Counted from the first letter of the stretch, positions 10,172 to 22,300 are shown. The stretch is 53,411 nt of DNA from a virus (IMGVR_UViG_3300034121_000706:1-53411), one strand, 5' to 3'. The notes: generated by a model not told the origin, from the sequence alone. A program made the numbers and translations.

Positions 10172-10952
10172 CCTTTCCTTCGAGTTTGGCTTTAATTAAC
10201 GGTAACACATGAGCCATACTGGCATCGTCACCTTTTGTTTTGTTTTGCAAGTTTTTCAAAGCGTTTCTAAAATCAGTTCCGATTTGTTCCTCTGCGAAAA
10301 ATAATGCACCGGCACGTTCCTTTACTACTCTTAAATTGATTGCTCTGCGTAGTATCGCTTCAACTCTGAAACTTTCAAATAGCGTTCCTTTAGGTACACC
10401 GTCTTTCTGTTTCACATCAAGCATATCCAGGATGCGTTGCGGTTTGTTGTCAATGATGTCTGCAAAGTCAGGATCAGAAATGGTGTCAACTTCACGCATA
10501 CCCAAACAGATAGACAAATCTTTTAAATCTGCCTTTGGTAATCCTGCAACAACTAACAATGCTAATTGTCTGCCTTGTACCGATTTCTGTCTTTCAAGTT
10601 TGTTTTCCTGCGGATCAAACCATGATACTTTGTTTGTCAACTTCTGACTTCCTTTCGCCTTGCTGACAAGTTCATTGCTTTTCAGAAGTTCAATCATTTC
10701 TTCTTCATAGTACGGAACGATAATCTTCCGTGTCTTGTTCATGTCAAGTTCAACCAACCCGATTTCTCTGCCATCACTTCTTTTAGCAAGGAATGTGTCG
10801 GGTAATTTCAACTTTTCAATGTCGGCACGGCTGAAATATAATTTCTTTTTGTCACCGTTTTCGTTCTCCTTGTAACCATGTCGAAGTACCACCGAACCGC
10901 CTAAACAGTTAAACTCTACTCCTCCCTTTTGTTTTGTTGCTGTTGCTGTCAT
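10161..10952 (-). CDS. Hypothetical protein downstream of capsid genes
   Basis: 263-aa ORF with AT-rich initiation region. Confidence 0.75.
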   Translation of the reverse strand: MTATATKQKGGVEFNCLGGSVVLRHGYKENENGDKKKLYFSRADIEKLKLPDTFLAKRSDGREIGLVELDMNKTRKIIVPYYEEEMIELLKSNELVSKAKGSQKLTNKVSWFDPQENKLERQKSVQGRQLALLVVAGLPKADLKDLSICLGMREVDTISDPDFADIIDNKPQRILDMLDVKQKDGVPKGTLFESFRVEAILRRAINLRVVKERAGALFFAEEQIGTDFRNALKNLQNKTKGDDASMAHVLPLIKAKLEGKDDE

Positions 10953-10973
10953 TTTTATTTATTTAGTTAAGAA

Positions 10974-11414
10974 TTACTGTACTGCTCTACTCGCTTCTAC
11001 CCACTTAACTCCATTAAAGACGTATCGGATAACTGCGCCTAATGTACTTGCAAGTGTAACCCTTCCGCCCGTACTTGCAGGTTCAGAATTGGTTGACATA
11101 AACTTAATTAAGTGAGAAGCACCGGATGCATTTGTGGCTATAACTACTACCTCATCACCCACATAGCTATTCTTTACAGAAGTAAACTTAACTGTAATAG
11201 AATCTGCTACTGACATTTTAACGATTGTCTTTCCTGCCTTTGGGTATAGGTAAGCTGTGTCTGCACCTGCGGTATCAACTACGGCAACGTAAGCATTTAA
11301 TTGTGCGCCTGCCGTGCGACCATAAGTAGACGTAACAAAACGTGGTTTTATGTTCTGTGCGTTTAACGCAACCGTGAACGATATTGCGAATAATAAGAAG
11401 ATTATTTTTTTCAT
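10974..11414 (-). CDS. Putative capsid decoration/fibre protein with signal peptide
   Basis: MKKIIFLLFAISFTVALNA|Q signal; directly after MCP; C-terminal YVFNGVKWVEASR beta-sandwich motif. Confidence 0.7.
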   Translation of the reverse strand: MKKIIFLLFAISFTVALNAQNIKPRFVTSTYGRTAGAQLNAYVAVVDTAGADTAYLYPKAGKTIVKMSVADSITVKFTSVKNSYVGDEVVVIATNASGASHLIKFMSTNSEPASTGGRVTLASTLGAVIRYVFNGVKWVEASRAVQ

Positions 11415-11444
11415 TTGTTTATTTTTTGTTTGTTTTTATAAATA

Positions 11445-11469
11445 GGTAGCCACTTTTATTGTGGCTACC
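11445..11469 (-). terminator. Hairpin after major capsid gene (terminator/attenuator)
   Basis: Perfect 9-bp stem ggtagccac/gtggctacc, weak U-tract. Confidence 0.6.
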
Positions 11470-11489
11470 ATTAGGTTTAAAGTTTCGTA

Positions 11490-12833
11490 CTATACTCCGT
11501 AGAAGAAGCCATGTGCGTTTAAGCATTTCATTACCAACATCATTTTAGATGAATATGCACGTTCAAAACATCTGTCGTTAGATGAACGAACACCACCATC
11601 CACTAAAGGAGTGTGACCGTTTTTCTGTGTCATAATCATTTTTTCAACTTTGCCTGTAAATCCTTTCACATACTTAATCTGTGTAGCAGCACCGTCTTTC
11701 GTTTTAGAAACGTTTAGGAACAACAATGAATTTGCATAGTTGATTCCACCGGAAACTGGCGCAGGAATTAAGTCAAAAATATGTAAGTTGTGTAAGTGTA
11801 AGATTGCACCTCCAAATGCGTAAGATGTAACATCGAATCCTGCTTTACCTGCACGTCTTTCAGCAGTAAATGAACCTGCACCGCCAACTGTAAAGTAGTC
11901 TTTCAACGCCTTCTTAGTTTTAGCAATAGCAGTAGAACCACCTAATACCAACCATTCGCCTTCTGCATACGGAGAGTTTTTCACCAGAGCAGTACAGATG
12001 TCTTGTAAATCATCTTCTGCAATGTTACCCGCCCATGTTCCAACAGTTCCGCCTGTCATAATGTTGGCAATAATACCATCACCTGAAATCGCACCACTTG
12101 TTAATGATGTAGGGGATGCCGTAGCTTCACCGAACAATACATAGTTAGATACCGCAAGGTTGAACTCTTTTACATGAGTTTGCTCGTCAATCGAGTGGTA
12201 GTATTTAACCGTACCTTCTTTATTTCCAACCCATGATAATTGAGATTCTTCATCATAGCAGAAATGTTTGTTCTGACTGATGATTTGCGCCACAGCAGTA
12301 CGCTGGTTTGGCTTGTAACGTCTGCCATCGCTTAACGTTCCACATGGTGCAGTAACGTTTGCTACCCACATAATTTGACCGGCTGCTGCAATGTTTGCTG
12401 CCAAAATAGCTTCACCGTCAACCGCTTCAACAGTTAATACGTGATTTGGTGTAGTTGCGATTTCAGTAACCTGTACCAATTTCTGTTTGTCACCACTTCC
12501 TGATGGCAATAAAATGTAGTCACCGATTGCAAAATACGGATCAGTTTCAGTCAACGTCAATTCCGCAGTAGTAGTACCACCACCAGTAGACGATGTAATT
12601 GTGTACAGTTTGATGATTGCGCCTTCTTCCGCCCAATTCAGTGTAGATGATTCCGCTACACCTTCACCGATGTATTCTAAGATTTGTGGCAAGTTGTATT
12701 TCTCTGCCGTTTTAGCGATTAATGCATCCCATGAAGGTTTGCCGTATGCAGATACAAATAAGTTATTGTACGTGCAATCCCCAACTCTTGTCGCCATTTC
12801 GTTGCTTGGGGTTACTGTTTCTGTGTAAGCCAT
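11490..12833 (-). CDS. Major capsid protein (HK97-fold)
   Basis: 447 aa after the scaffold; WAEE, QIISQ, YVLFGE, GDGII pattern of HK97-fold MCPs; followed by hairpin. Confidence 0.8.
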   Translation of the reverse strand: MAYTETVTPSNEMATRVGDCTYNNLFVSAYGKPSWDALIAKTAEKYNLPQILEYIGEGVAESSTLNWAEEGAIIKLYTITSSTGGGTTTAELTLTETDPYFAIGDYILLPSGSGDKQKLVQVTEIATTPNHVLTVEAVDGEAILAANIAAAGQIMWVANVTAPCGTLSDGRRYKPNQRTAVAQIISQNKHFCYDEESQLSWVGNKEGTVKYYHSIDEQTHVKEFNLAVSNYVLFGEATASPTSLTSGAISGDGIIANIMTGGTVGTWAGNIAEDDLQDICTALVKNSPYAEGEWLVLGGSTAIAKTKKALKDYFTVGGAGSFTAERRAGKAGFDVTSYAFGGAILHLHNLHIFDLIPAPVSGGINYANSLLFLNVSKTKDGAATQIKYVKGFTGKVEKMIMTQKNGHTPLVDGGVRSSNDRCFERAYSSKMMLVMKCLNAHGFFYGV

Positions 12834-12885
12834 TTTTTATTTGGTTTTTCTTGTTTTTTTTAAAATTTGTTAATATCATGCTCTA

Positions 12886-14010
12886 CTACATCTGCGCTAT
12901 TGCTTCTGCAACAGAGTCTTTAATTGTAGCAGTTTGCGAATGTTGCGTTAGTTCCCGTCTTTCGGAGTTTTCTATTTTCTCAAAAACCTCTTTCTTTCCT
13001 TTGCTTCTTGCCTTTTCAAGTAGAAGTTCAGTGTTGCGTTTCCCATATTTCTCTCGGTAAATAATTCTCACCAATGCGTCTACATCGGGAAGTCCATCTT
13101 TATCAAGTGGCATAAGGTCTTGCAACGCTTGTTTCGGGTTTTTAAGAATGGTTGACAACTCCGCTTTTTCACTTTCCTTCACCTTTATCCCATCAACGCC
13201 TGTTAATGTTTGAATGGCTTTAGATACGTTGGTTGCGTACGCTTCATTCTTACGTGCTAAATTTTCCTGTGCTTGTGTGATTCCTTGCTCAATTTTGTTA
13301 ATCTCCGCTTGATACGATGCTTTTTCTGCATTAATCAGTTTTCTGCCTTCTAATTCCTTTTGGAATGCTGGTTGAGAATCTATATAATCCTCAAACTCCT
13401 GGCGTTTATCTTCCGGCAATTCAGATACATCTTTCACTCCGAACTGCTGTAAGATTCCGTATTTATAGGCTTCAACGGGACTTATACTATCGAGTGCGGT
13501 AAGCGTTTGTTTGTACTGCGTTAATTGCTGTACATCATTGGTATATGCCTTTAAGTCACCGCCATCCTTAACATAGTCGTTAAGTTTTTTGATTTCTTCG
13601 TTTGCATACACCTCATCCGCTTTCGCTTTCAAGGTCACATTTTCATTTTTCAAAGAACTGATAAACTCTTTTAGTTCACTCTTACTTTTTACTTCAACTC
13701 CAATTTCTTTTAATTCTTCGGGGTTGAATATTTCGTCTTTAGTCGCTTCCTGCTTTTGTTCTACATCTTCTTCGAGTTCGATTAAATCATCCTCTTTCTT
13801 TTCCTCTACTGCTTCTGTTTTATGCTCTGCAACAACTTCTGCTTTTTCTTCTTTTACGTCTTCCTGTTTAGGTGCTGACAATTCATCTGCGATGTTTTGT
13901 AAGTCCGAACTTTGTGTTTCAATCTTTGGCGCTTCTGTCGCTAAACTATCAGCGATGTTCTGCAATGTTTCATTTTCAGCCATTTTTCCCTTTTTACTGT
14001 TTATAACCAA
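12886..14010 (-). CDS. Capsid scaffolding protein
   Basis: Acidic low-complexity N-terminus, YVKDGGDL motif, coiled coils, immediately upstream of MCP. Confidence 0.75.
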   Translation of the reverse strand: MVINSKKGKMAENETLQNIADSLATEAPKIETQSSDLQNIADELSAPKQEDVKEEKAEVVAEHKTEAVEEKKEDDLIELEEDVEQKQEATKDEIFNPEELKEIGVEVKSKSELKEFISSLKNENVTLKAKADEVYANEEIKKLNDYVKDGGDLKAYTNDVQQLTQYKQTLTALDSISPVEAYKYGILQQFGVKDVSELPEDKRQEFEDYIDSQPAFQKELEGRKLINAEKASYQAEINKIEQGITQAQENLARKNEAYATNVSKAIQTLTGVDGIKVKESEKAELSTILKNPKQALQDLMPLDKDGLPDVDALVRIIYREKYGKRNTELLLEKARSKGKKEVFEKIENSERRELTQHSQTATIKDSVAEAIAQM

Positions 14011-14032
14011 GCAAACTGATATTTCATCAGTT

Positions 14033-14428
14033 TTATTTTTTCCCTTTTTTCTTTGGAACTACCGGTTCTGTTGGTGTTTCAGTTAAATCATCTGCAATAC
14101 TCTGTGCAAAATCATTAACTGCTTCACTCTCTGCCTTTATTCCATTTTCTTCTTTAACCACTTCCGCTACCGTTGCAACCACCACTTTTTCTTTTTCAAG
14201 ATATTCTGTTATACCATTTACAATTCCGTCACGCAGTTTTTGTGCAATCAGATTGTTTATACCTAAGTTGCTACCTGCTTTTATCTGTAATTCTTCAATT
14301 AAACCAACAGACTTTGTTCTTTTGTTTTGTATATGGTAAGCATTGTTTTGTACACTGATAACACCATCACCGATTGGTAATCCAAATAGAATGGTATCAA
14401 CAACTGCACTTAATTTATCTTTTTCCAT
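14033..14428 (-). CDS. Hypothetical protein
   Basis: 131-aa ORF heading the capsid operon; basic C-terminal tail. Confidence 0.7.
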   Translation of the reverse strand: MEKDKLSAVVDTILFGLPIGDGVISVQNNAYHIQNKRTKSVGLIEELQIKAGSNLGINNLIAQKLRDGIVNGITEYLEKEKVVVATVAEVVKEENGIKAESEAVNDFAQSIADDLTETPTEPVVPKKKGKK

Positions 14429-14450
14429 GTGTTAAAAATAATTGATAAAT

Positions 14451-14478
14451 AATATCTGTAAACCAAGTTTTGAATAAC
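14451..14478 (-). promoter_or_regulatory. Conserved 28-bp motif, candidate late promoter (copy 2)
   Basis: aatatctgtaaaccaagttttgaataac, 23/28 identical to 1155-1182; immediately downstream of a terminator and upstream of the capsid operon. Confidence 0.55.
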
Positions 14479-14479
14479 G

Positions 14480-14505
14480 AAAAAAGCCAACTTGATAGTT
14501 GACTT
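14480..14505 (-). terminator. Rho-independent terminator
   Basis: Minus strand aagtcaact-atca-agttggctt followed by a T run. Confidence 0.7.
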
Positions 14506-14547
14506 CCGAGCATGGACACCACACTCCTATTTATTGGGGAATAAATT

Positions 14548-15885
14548 TTACAATCCTAATTCATTGATTAAAGTTTGTGCCATACGGTGTTTGCTGCCAA
14601 TTTTGCCGTCTGTCATTCCTTTGATTAGTTCTTCGTATGTATATGGTTTTTTAGTTTTTGGATTTAATGTGTTTTTATACTCGTACATTAGTTTTTCTTT
14701 CGGTATCTGTGCTACTTTAGATGCGTATTGTGCGTAACCTTGTGGAGTTGCCATATACGACATATCGCCTTGTGATTTTAACGTGCTATCATCCCATGTT
14801 GGCTGTACTGTTGGTGTATTAGCTTGTTGCTGACCGTATGACAATAAAGAACCATCACCTTTAACGATTGGCTGTAATACACCTATTCCAGTCTGATTTT
14901 TACCATTCATTGTTTCGTATGTATTAGGTAATAAACCGCTTAGGTTAAATTGTGGAGTTGTGCTTGTTGTAGTTGGCTGTACTGTTGGTGTTGGTATAAC
15001 CTTAGGTGTAGGCATTGCAGTCATTGGCGTACTCATAGCCACATCTTGTTCCGTTAATACTTTCGGTGTTTGTTCTGCAAATAACTTATCGTTCTGTGCT
15101 GTACGTGCTAACACCGTTGCATTTTGACCTGCACCAATACCTGCATTAAATACATTACCAATACCCTTATTCACTAACTGCTCACCGTAGTTACGCCTTG
15201 CCTTAAATTCAGGTAAGTCAACATTTGTGAATTTATCAATTCTACCTTTTTGCATTGCGCTATCTTCCTGCATTTTTCTTGCAATCAATCCATCTAATAT
15301 TCCGCCTTGCTGTGTTTTAAATGCCAACTCACTTGCACCAATATTGCGTATTGCATCGTTATTAGCAGATGAATTAACTTGACTTTGCGCTGCGTAAGAT
15401 GCAACATCACCACCGCTTGATACTTTAGCTACCGCATCGTTCTTAGCGTTCTGCATAGCCATATCTCTCATCATCTTCTCACGGATAATCGGATCGCCAA
15501 TCTGTGATAATCTTTGTACGTCTGCTAATCGTGCTGATAGCTGTTGATTTGGTAACTGTTCGTATGGATATTTAGGTGCTTTCGTTTTGCCGAGTATTTT
15601 TGCACCGCCAATCATCTGACCTAAACCTAATACGCCACCTGCTGCATTCATAGCGGTATTTCCTATCTCTGCGGTTTTAGCAATTTTATTATCCGCTTTA
15701 CCTTTTGCTAATAGTGTTGCGTTGTATTCATCAGATGCTTTCTTTAGTAACTCGTCTTGTTTCTTATCACCTGTGCTAACAATAGTAGTTGTTCCATCAG
15801 GATTTAACATTAATCCCTTTGAAAGCAAATCTTTCCTTAGTGCTTCTAACTGTTCTTTAGTTAAATCGGTTGCCGTCTGTGCCAT
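14548..15885 (-). CDS. Internal virion / ejection protein
   Basis: Helical Ala/Gly/Gln-rich with amphipathic Gly segments; located between portal and scaffold. Confidence 0.65.
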   Translation of the reverse strand: MAQTATDLTKEQLEALRKDLLSKGLMLNPDGTTTIVSTGDKKQDELLKKASDEYNATLLAKGKADNKIAKTAEIGNTAMNAAGGVLGLGQMIGGAKILGKTKAPKYPYEQLPNQQLSARLADVQRLSQIGDPIIREKMMRDMAMQNAKNDAVAKVSSGGDVASYAAQSQVNSSANNDAIRNIGASELAFKTQQGGILDGLIARKMQEDSAMQKGRIDKFTNVDLPEFKARRNYGEQLVNKGIGNVFNAGIGAGQNATVLARTAQNDKLFAEQTPKVLTEQDVAMSTPMTAMPTPKVIPTPTVQPTTTSTTPQFNLSGLLPNTYETMNGKNQTGIGVLQPIVKGDGSLLSYGQQQANTPTVQPTWDDSTLKSQGDMSYMATPQGYAQYASKVAQIPKEKLMYEYKNTLNPKTKKPYTYEELIKGMTDGKIGSKHRMAQTLINELGL

Positions 15886-16345
15886 ATTCTAAATCGCTTT
15901 CTCTGAAAAATCTGTTTTCTCTAATCTTTTCCTTTTGGAAGTCTGCCAAACTATCCATTTTTGCTTCTCTGTTTTCAAGTACAGGTTTTGCCTTATTCTC
16001 TGCAATTTTCTTTGCTATTAATCCACCAAACAGTTCCGCTATCGGAGATAGTATACCACCTACAACTGGGATTGTTTTCATTATCCCACCTGCGATACCT
16101 GCACCTCTCTGTTGTCCAAAGTCCTGTGCTTGTTTCATGGTATAATCGCCACCATAGTCAAAGTTACCTTGCGATAATACCTTTCCTATCTGTGCGATAC
16201 CCTCTATCCCACCTTTGGCTATGCTCATCGGATCTAAACCACCGAGCATATTACCCATGCCGCCACCGCTTTCCTGTTGACCTTGCATACGATTAGCCAT
16301 ATCTTTATTAAGATTGTCCTGCATATACTTGTCTACCATACCCAT
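15857..16345 (-). CDS. Internal virion / DNA-pilot-like ejection protein
   Basis: Gly/Met-rich, hydrophobic GIAGGIMKTIPVVGGILSPIAELFGG segment. Confidence 0.65.
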   Translation of the reverse strand: MGMVDKYMQDNLNKDMANRMQGQQESGGGMGNMLGGLDPMSIAKGGIEGIAQIGKVLSQGNFDYGGDYTMKQAQDFGQQRGAGIAGGIMKTIPVVGGILSPIAELFGGLIAKKIAENKAKPVLENREAKMDSLADFQKEKIRENRFFRESDLEYGTDGNRFN

Positions 16346-16379
16346 ACTGTAAATTTACTTGTTTATTGCCATTAGCAAG

Positions 16380-19300
16380 TTACTTTTTGATAATCTGCTT
16401 TTTCATTTCACCACGTACCTTATTGTTTATCTGATTAAATACGGTTTCATTTATTCCGTAGAATGTCAACAAGTCAGCCATTAACATAATCTTAGCGTAA
16501 GTTTTTTGCTCATCTGTTAAACTTAGGCTTAAATCCCCATCCTGCGAACTACTCGTTTTTCTTAATTCTTCTTTAAGTTTAAAGTCAGAAGGGTTTTCTA
16601 TAAATGCTTTTAATACATCTGCCGGAACTGTGCTGTTGCTTACATCCATTCTGCCCTTAACGTTATTAAAGAACATATCTCGTCTTGTATATCTGCCGTT
16701 ATGTACAATAGTATAATCCTTCCCTTTGTAGGTAAATACTGAAACTTGTGATTGTGATTTGTAATCACCGAATGCGTTATTATCTGTTATGATATTAATA
16801 TCGTCTTTTAGGTTTAATAACTGATTGTAACCAACACCAACCGTACCGCCACTAAGTATATTAAAGTCCGTACTTCTGTTGTAATTTGGAATGATGCCGG
16901 TGTTTGTTTTAAATATGTGGTTATACAAAAAGTTTATGGCAGGTTTTGTAGCCATATTGTCAACCATTGGCATTGTTCCATACACTAAATCCTGCAATAT
17001 GTTATTTACAAAAGAAGATTTAATCTGTTCAGCTTTTCTAAGTTTCTCTAATTCAGCTTTTTCTTTTTCCGCTTCTGTTTCCTTTTCCTCATCATCATCA
17101 CCCAATCCAAGTTCTTTTAATAGTGCTGGTATTAATTGTGTTGCAACAAATGTTCCGATACCTAATTTAACGGCATTGAAAGCTATCTGTTCTGTTATAT
17201 ACGCACCAATATCACGACCTGCTTCTATCCTATCATCACCATTCGCTATATTCATGGTATTATCAACTAAACGTGCTTTTGCCTGTACTGCAAATGACAT
17301 GAATGGTAACGCTAATTGTGTTAATCCTTTTGCACTACCCCAAACTTCTGCTTGTCCTGCTTCTGTATTCGCACCTTGCGCTGTCTGAACCATTGTTTCA
17401 GCGTATGCCATCGCTTCCTTGTTTGGATTCTTAAATTCGTTATTTTCGTCAAATGCCAGGTTATTATCACGTAGGTATTTCTTGTAAAATGTGATCCATG
17501 AAATATCCGCAGCCAAAATATCAAAACTTCTTAATGGGTACATAGATAAATCCGAAAAGAAATCCCTGCCTTTGCCAATAGCTTTTAGTATTTTCTTAGC
17601 ATTGCCATCAGATATGTTTTTCTTAATGGTTGTGTTATCGTAATATCCACCTGCACCCTCTGCCCGTCTTGCACCAATCTCTGACTGTGCAAATAATTTC
17701 TGTAAATTCTCTTTCTGTCTTTTATTTCCAAATAACATAGTAAAATCCAAACCTTTTATATTTCCTTTACCTGCCGAGTTAAGGTATGTTGACATCAATA
17801 CAGTAGACTGCTTTAACACCTGCGTAATACTACCCAATGCAATAGTTCTTGATATTTTTGTAGCTTCATTCAGTAAATCATCCACAATCGTTGTTTCTTC
17901 GTATTTTGAAGTGCCAACTATTGTTTGTAATCTCTTTTTAAGTAAATCAAAGTTTTTAGCACCAAGTAATTCCCTTAGTTGCTTGTTATCAGAATTAAAT
18001 GCATTTGCAAGTGTGGTTATATCCGCAGATGTATTTATGTCATACTCGTTATCTCCGAGTGCCTTCATCTGTCTATTAATGAAATTAAAATCAAGTCCTG
18101 TGTTATCGTTTAATGATTCATAGTTTGCACGGTCAATCATTGACTTTGACTTCTTCTTTGTTATTCCTGTGCTACGTGCATCATTCATTAACTTCTCGCC
18201 AGTGTCACGTACCGTATCACCGGTTAAACTTGTAATGGATAATTTGGTGTATGAATTATATTCTTCAATTTCTTTATTGTGGAATAATAAAGAGTTCTCA
18301 CGGAAACGTGGTTTTTGTTCCGCATGATTGTCAGTAAAGAATTGCACCACTCGTTTGCCCTCTGAATCTATCTTAGACATATTATCGGCAATATCCTTTA
18401 GCTGTTGTCTGCCACCAATAACTTCATCTAATGCTTTCTGTAATAAGTCTGCTTGTTCCTTATACCCTTCTTTATTTATGGTTCGTAAGTTCTCAATATT
18501 CTTTTCAATGATTCTTTTCCACCGTGCAATATGTTCCGCTTCTTTAATATCGTCACCAATTTTTGTTTGTATAACTGCTGCGTATATGCTTTGTCGCATC
18601 TGACTGATAGGCTCAAATACAGATGATTTAAACTTCTCTGCCTTAAATGCCTTTTGCAGATTATGTGAATATGTTTTTGTTTTTGCAATACCACGCATTA
18701 GATTATTAATGCCTGACGCTTCCATTAACTTCGCACCAAGTTTTTTACCTTTTGCCATTGCAACAGATATTTGCTGAAAATTTCTGAACTTGCTTCCACC
18801 TTCTGACAGTTTTCTAAATTCACCGATTTCTGATTTAAGTGTATTCATCTTTGAATTTACTTCAACCGCTTTCTGTTGTGCTACAAACGCACCGCCACCG
18901 CTATAATCATTGTTCTGTGTAATGCCATTTATCAGCTTCAATACTCTTGCCATTTCAGTAGCAGTCATATCATCTAACTTCACGTTTAGTAAAGCATCAG
19001 TAATTTCTTTCTCTGCCGGTGACTGTGTAATTACACCAACTGAATTTGCCAATAGGTCTTTCAGTTCACCAATCTTGTTGTATGTTGCGGTAATGAAGTC
19101 CTGGCGTTTCTGTTCTGTCTTGATTTCTTTAAACGCTTCCACCATGTCACGTTCTTCATCTGTCAATCCGTACTTCTTAATATCATCTTTCGTGATAGAT
19201 TCAAATACTTCACGCTGTTGCGGTTCGTTTAAATCATCGAATGTTTTATCGTCACCGAATTTAGCTTTTGTTTTATTATCCAATACCGTAAAGAATGTCA

Positions 19301-22300
19301 TTGCATCGTCTTCTACAATATCGTTAATAGCGTTACTATTTATTTCGTCTTGTTGTGCTTTCACGTATGCCTGTACTTCATCGTACACTAATGTACTTTC
19401 CGCATCTGTCGGTTGTTTTACGACATTTGACGCTTGTTTCACTTTCTCTGCCAGTTCCACATACTTTGCAATATCACTAACGTCTAATGGATTTATAGTA
19501 GCAAAATCCTGTAATACCCCTGTAAGTTTACCCGACTGCACACCGCCCTTGCGTTTTGAACGTGCCTTAATTACTTCATATAATGTCTTTGCTTTTTGGT
19601 AAGTACGTTGGTCTGCTAAGTTTGCGATTTGGTTTATGATTTTACCTAAACGTACTGTACTGTTTTTCTCTACTGCGGTTGTGGCAAGGTTAATTAGTTT
19701 CTCTGCCTGTTTGCCCGTAATGCCGCCTAAATTGCCTTTAATTAATGCGGTGATATCAGCAACCATTTGTTTCTGTTGTTGCTTTAAACCCGCCTTATTT
19801 GCTGAATTATCGGCTTTTAGGTTATACACCAATAACTTGTATTTTATTTTTACCTTATCCGTTGCACTTAATGGCAGTGCTTCGTAAATCTTCTCTAATT
19901 GAGAAGTGGTAAACATCGCTTTTAGTGCAGGATTCTGTTTAATTTCTTCAATAAATGCGTCACGTTGGTCTGTATCAAAATTAAAGTCTGTTGCTTCTAA
20001 ATATGCTTGTGCTACATCGTATGCCTTTCCGATTTCTTCTTTTGATGGATTGTTGACTATCTGAAACAAAGGCTGTCCAAACTCTGCCATTTCTTTCAGT
20101 TCCGGTGTTATATCTATGGAATATTGGGTTGATGTTCCACCTGTTTCAGTTCCAGATGCCGCTTCTTGCGCTTGTTTCACGCTATTATACACACCAACTT
20201 TTTCTTCTCCACGCCATAATGTATATTTAATTCCGTCACTTGTGCCTATTTCATAGGTAATATCATCAAGTTCTGCTTTCCATTGTGGAAATTTACCTAT
20301 ATAACCAGTAACTTCCCAATCATTAAAGTAAACTTCATTTGAAGGTGAAGAATCAGATAATTTAACTTCAATTGCTTTCGGCTCTTGCTTAAACAAACTC
20401 TTTGCTACATTACCTACTATACCTAGACTACCTTCTGTTGGTGAACCATAAAAGCCTTTCATTCCTTTGCCACCAATTTTCAAATCCACTCCACGAACTG
20501 TATGAAATTCGGGGTTTTCTTTCATATTCTTTTTCCACTCTCTGCCCTTATTTCTATCAGCACCTTCAATAAGTTTTTGTGTCAAATCCTTACCAACAAT
20601 GCTTTCCATTTCTTGTGGCGTAACTTTCTTTCCGCTTCTTGAATATGGTTCAATTTCTTGCCCTTGTTTATCTTCTACAATTAGTTGATATGTTCCATCA
20701 TTGTTTTTACTTGCACTTGCAGCGTTAATTTGCTTACTCAAATCATATCTTTCATTCTGTTGCTCTCCTGTTGTCCAAGCTATTTTATCTACACCTTGTT
20801 TAACTGCTTCTTTAAGGGCTACTTTTAAACCAAGTTTAGTCCAAGCGTTTGTGTCGGTTACGAATGGTGCTTGTGGTGTTTTTCTTTCTTGATTAACTGC
20901 TTTATGCCATTTAAGCATTAAATCTTTATTGTCATAAGGCACTTGAAAATCATTAAGAATATCATTACTTTTAGCCATTGCCGTAGCCAAGCCTTTCCAA
21001 TCACTAAATCCTGCCGTTTCGTTCATTTTCTTCAAAACAACAACTGCATCTTTACCTAATTGAGTATCCCATTCAAAAGATGGTTCTTTAAATCCTTCTT
21101 TTTTCCCAGACTGCCCCCAATCGCTTTGTACTTCCTCCAAAAATAACACCTTATTGCCGTTCACATCGGTACGTGTATTCATTCTTAAATGAACAAGGAT
21201 ATTTGGCTCGTCAAAATGTGATGATTTGAATGTCTTTTTTCTTTGAGTATCAAGTTCGCTATTGTATTTAAAGCCTGAATAATATTTATTTAAAGCCTCG
21301 CTATAGCCACCTTTTTTCAAAGCATCCAAAGCCTCAATGGCTTCCGGATAATCCTTATCATTTTTAAATTCTTCACTTCTACCCTGTTCATCGTAAATTT
21401 TCATTCTACGCAAAGCACCTTCTGAATCGTTTAAGCCTAATTTTTCTAATGCCGGCTTGAGATACTTATCCCTAACTACATGATACGGCTCACCTTTTAT
21501 TTCTTTTTCAGGCATCGTAACCAACACCTCTTTGTAGTTGCTTTTTTCGCCTTCTAGTTGATAATCTGAGAATTTGGTTTGATTTCTAAAAGCCTCTTTC
21601 TTTTCGTCTGAGGACATATTGCGAATGTTGTCATTTATTTCATCAATTGCTATATCAATTGCATCTTCTTTGCCATCAGAATCATCTTTATATACTTCAA
21701 TTCTTCCATCATTATCAAAATTAACATACCATGATGTTTCATCTTCGTCAACAGAAGTTACATTGTTCCTGCGTATTTTTAATTCACCATCATCTTTCAC
21801 TACCTCAACAACTTCAATTCTATTTTCTTTTAGATACTGCTGAATTTCTGCTTTAGATACTGAACCTTGTTGTGAACTTAACCAATCCGTTAATCCTGTC
21901 CATTTCGCTTCATCGCCTTTGCCAAATTTATCTAGCCATTGTTTTGCCGGTAATTTATCAAATTTAGTTTCACCAATAATTTTTTCTAATGGAGAATAAA
22001 ATCCGTTTACTACTTCTGCGCCGCCATTAATTTCTTTTACCTTAATGTTTTCGCCTTGGAATGTAATTGTTTTTTCAGATGATTTCTGAGTACCAATTTT
22101 ACTATTTAAAATCTTACCACCCAATAATTCACCTACTACTTTTTTAGTGAACATATTGAACTTATCATCGGCACTAAGGTTTTTAATGCCTAATTTATCG
22201 CCTATGGTCTTAAAGAAATCAGATAGCCATTCTTTAAAGCGTTTCAGCATTGTAGGATTGCCATTGAATAACTGCTCACCTTTGTTTCCGATTGCAGTTA

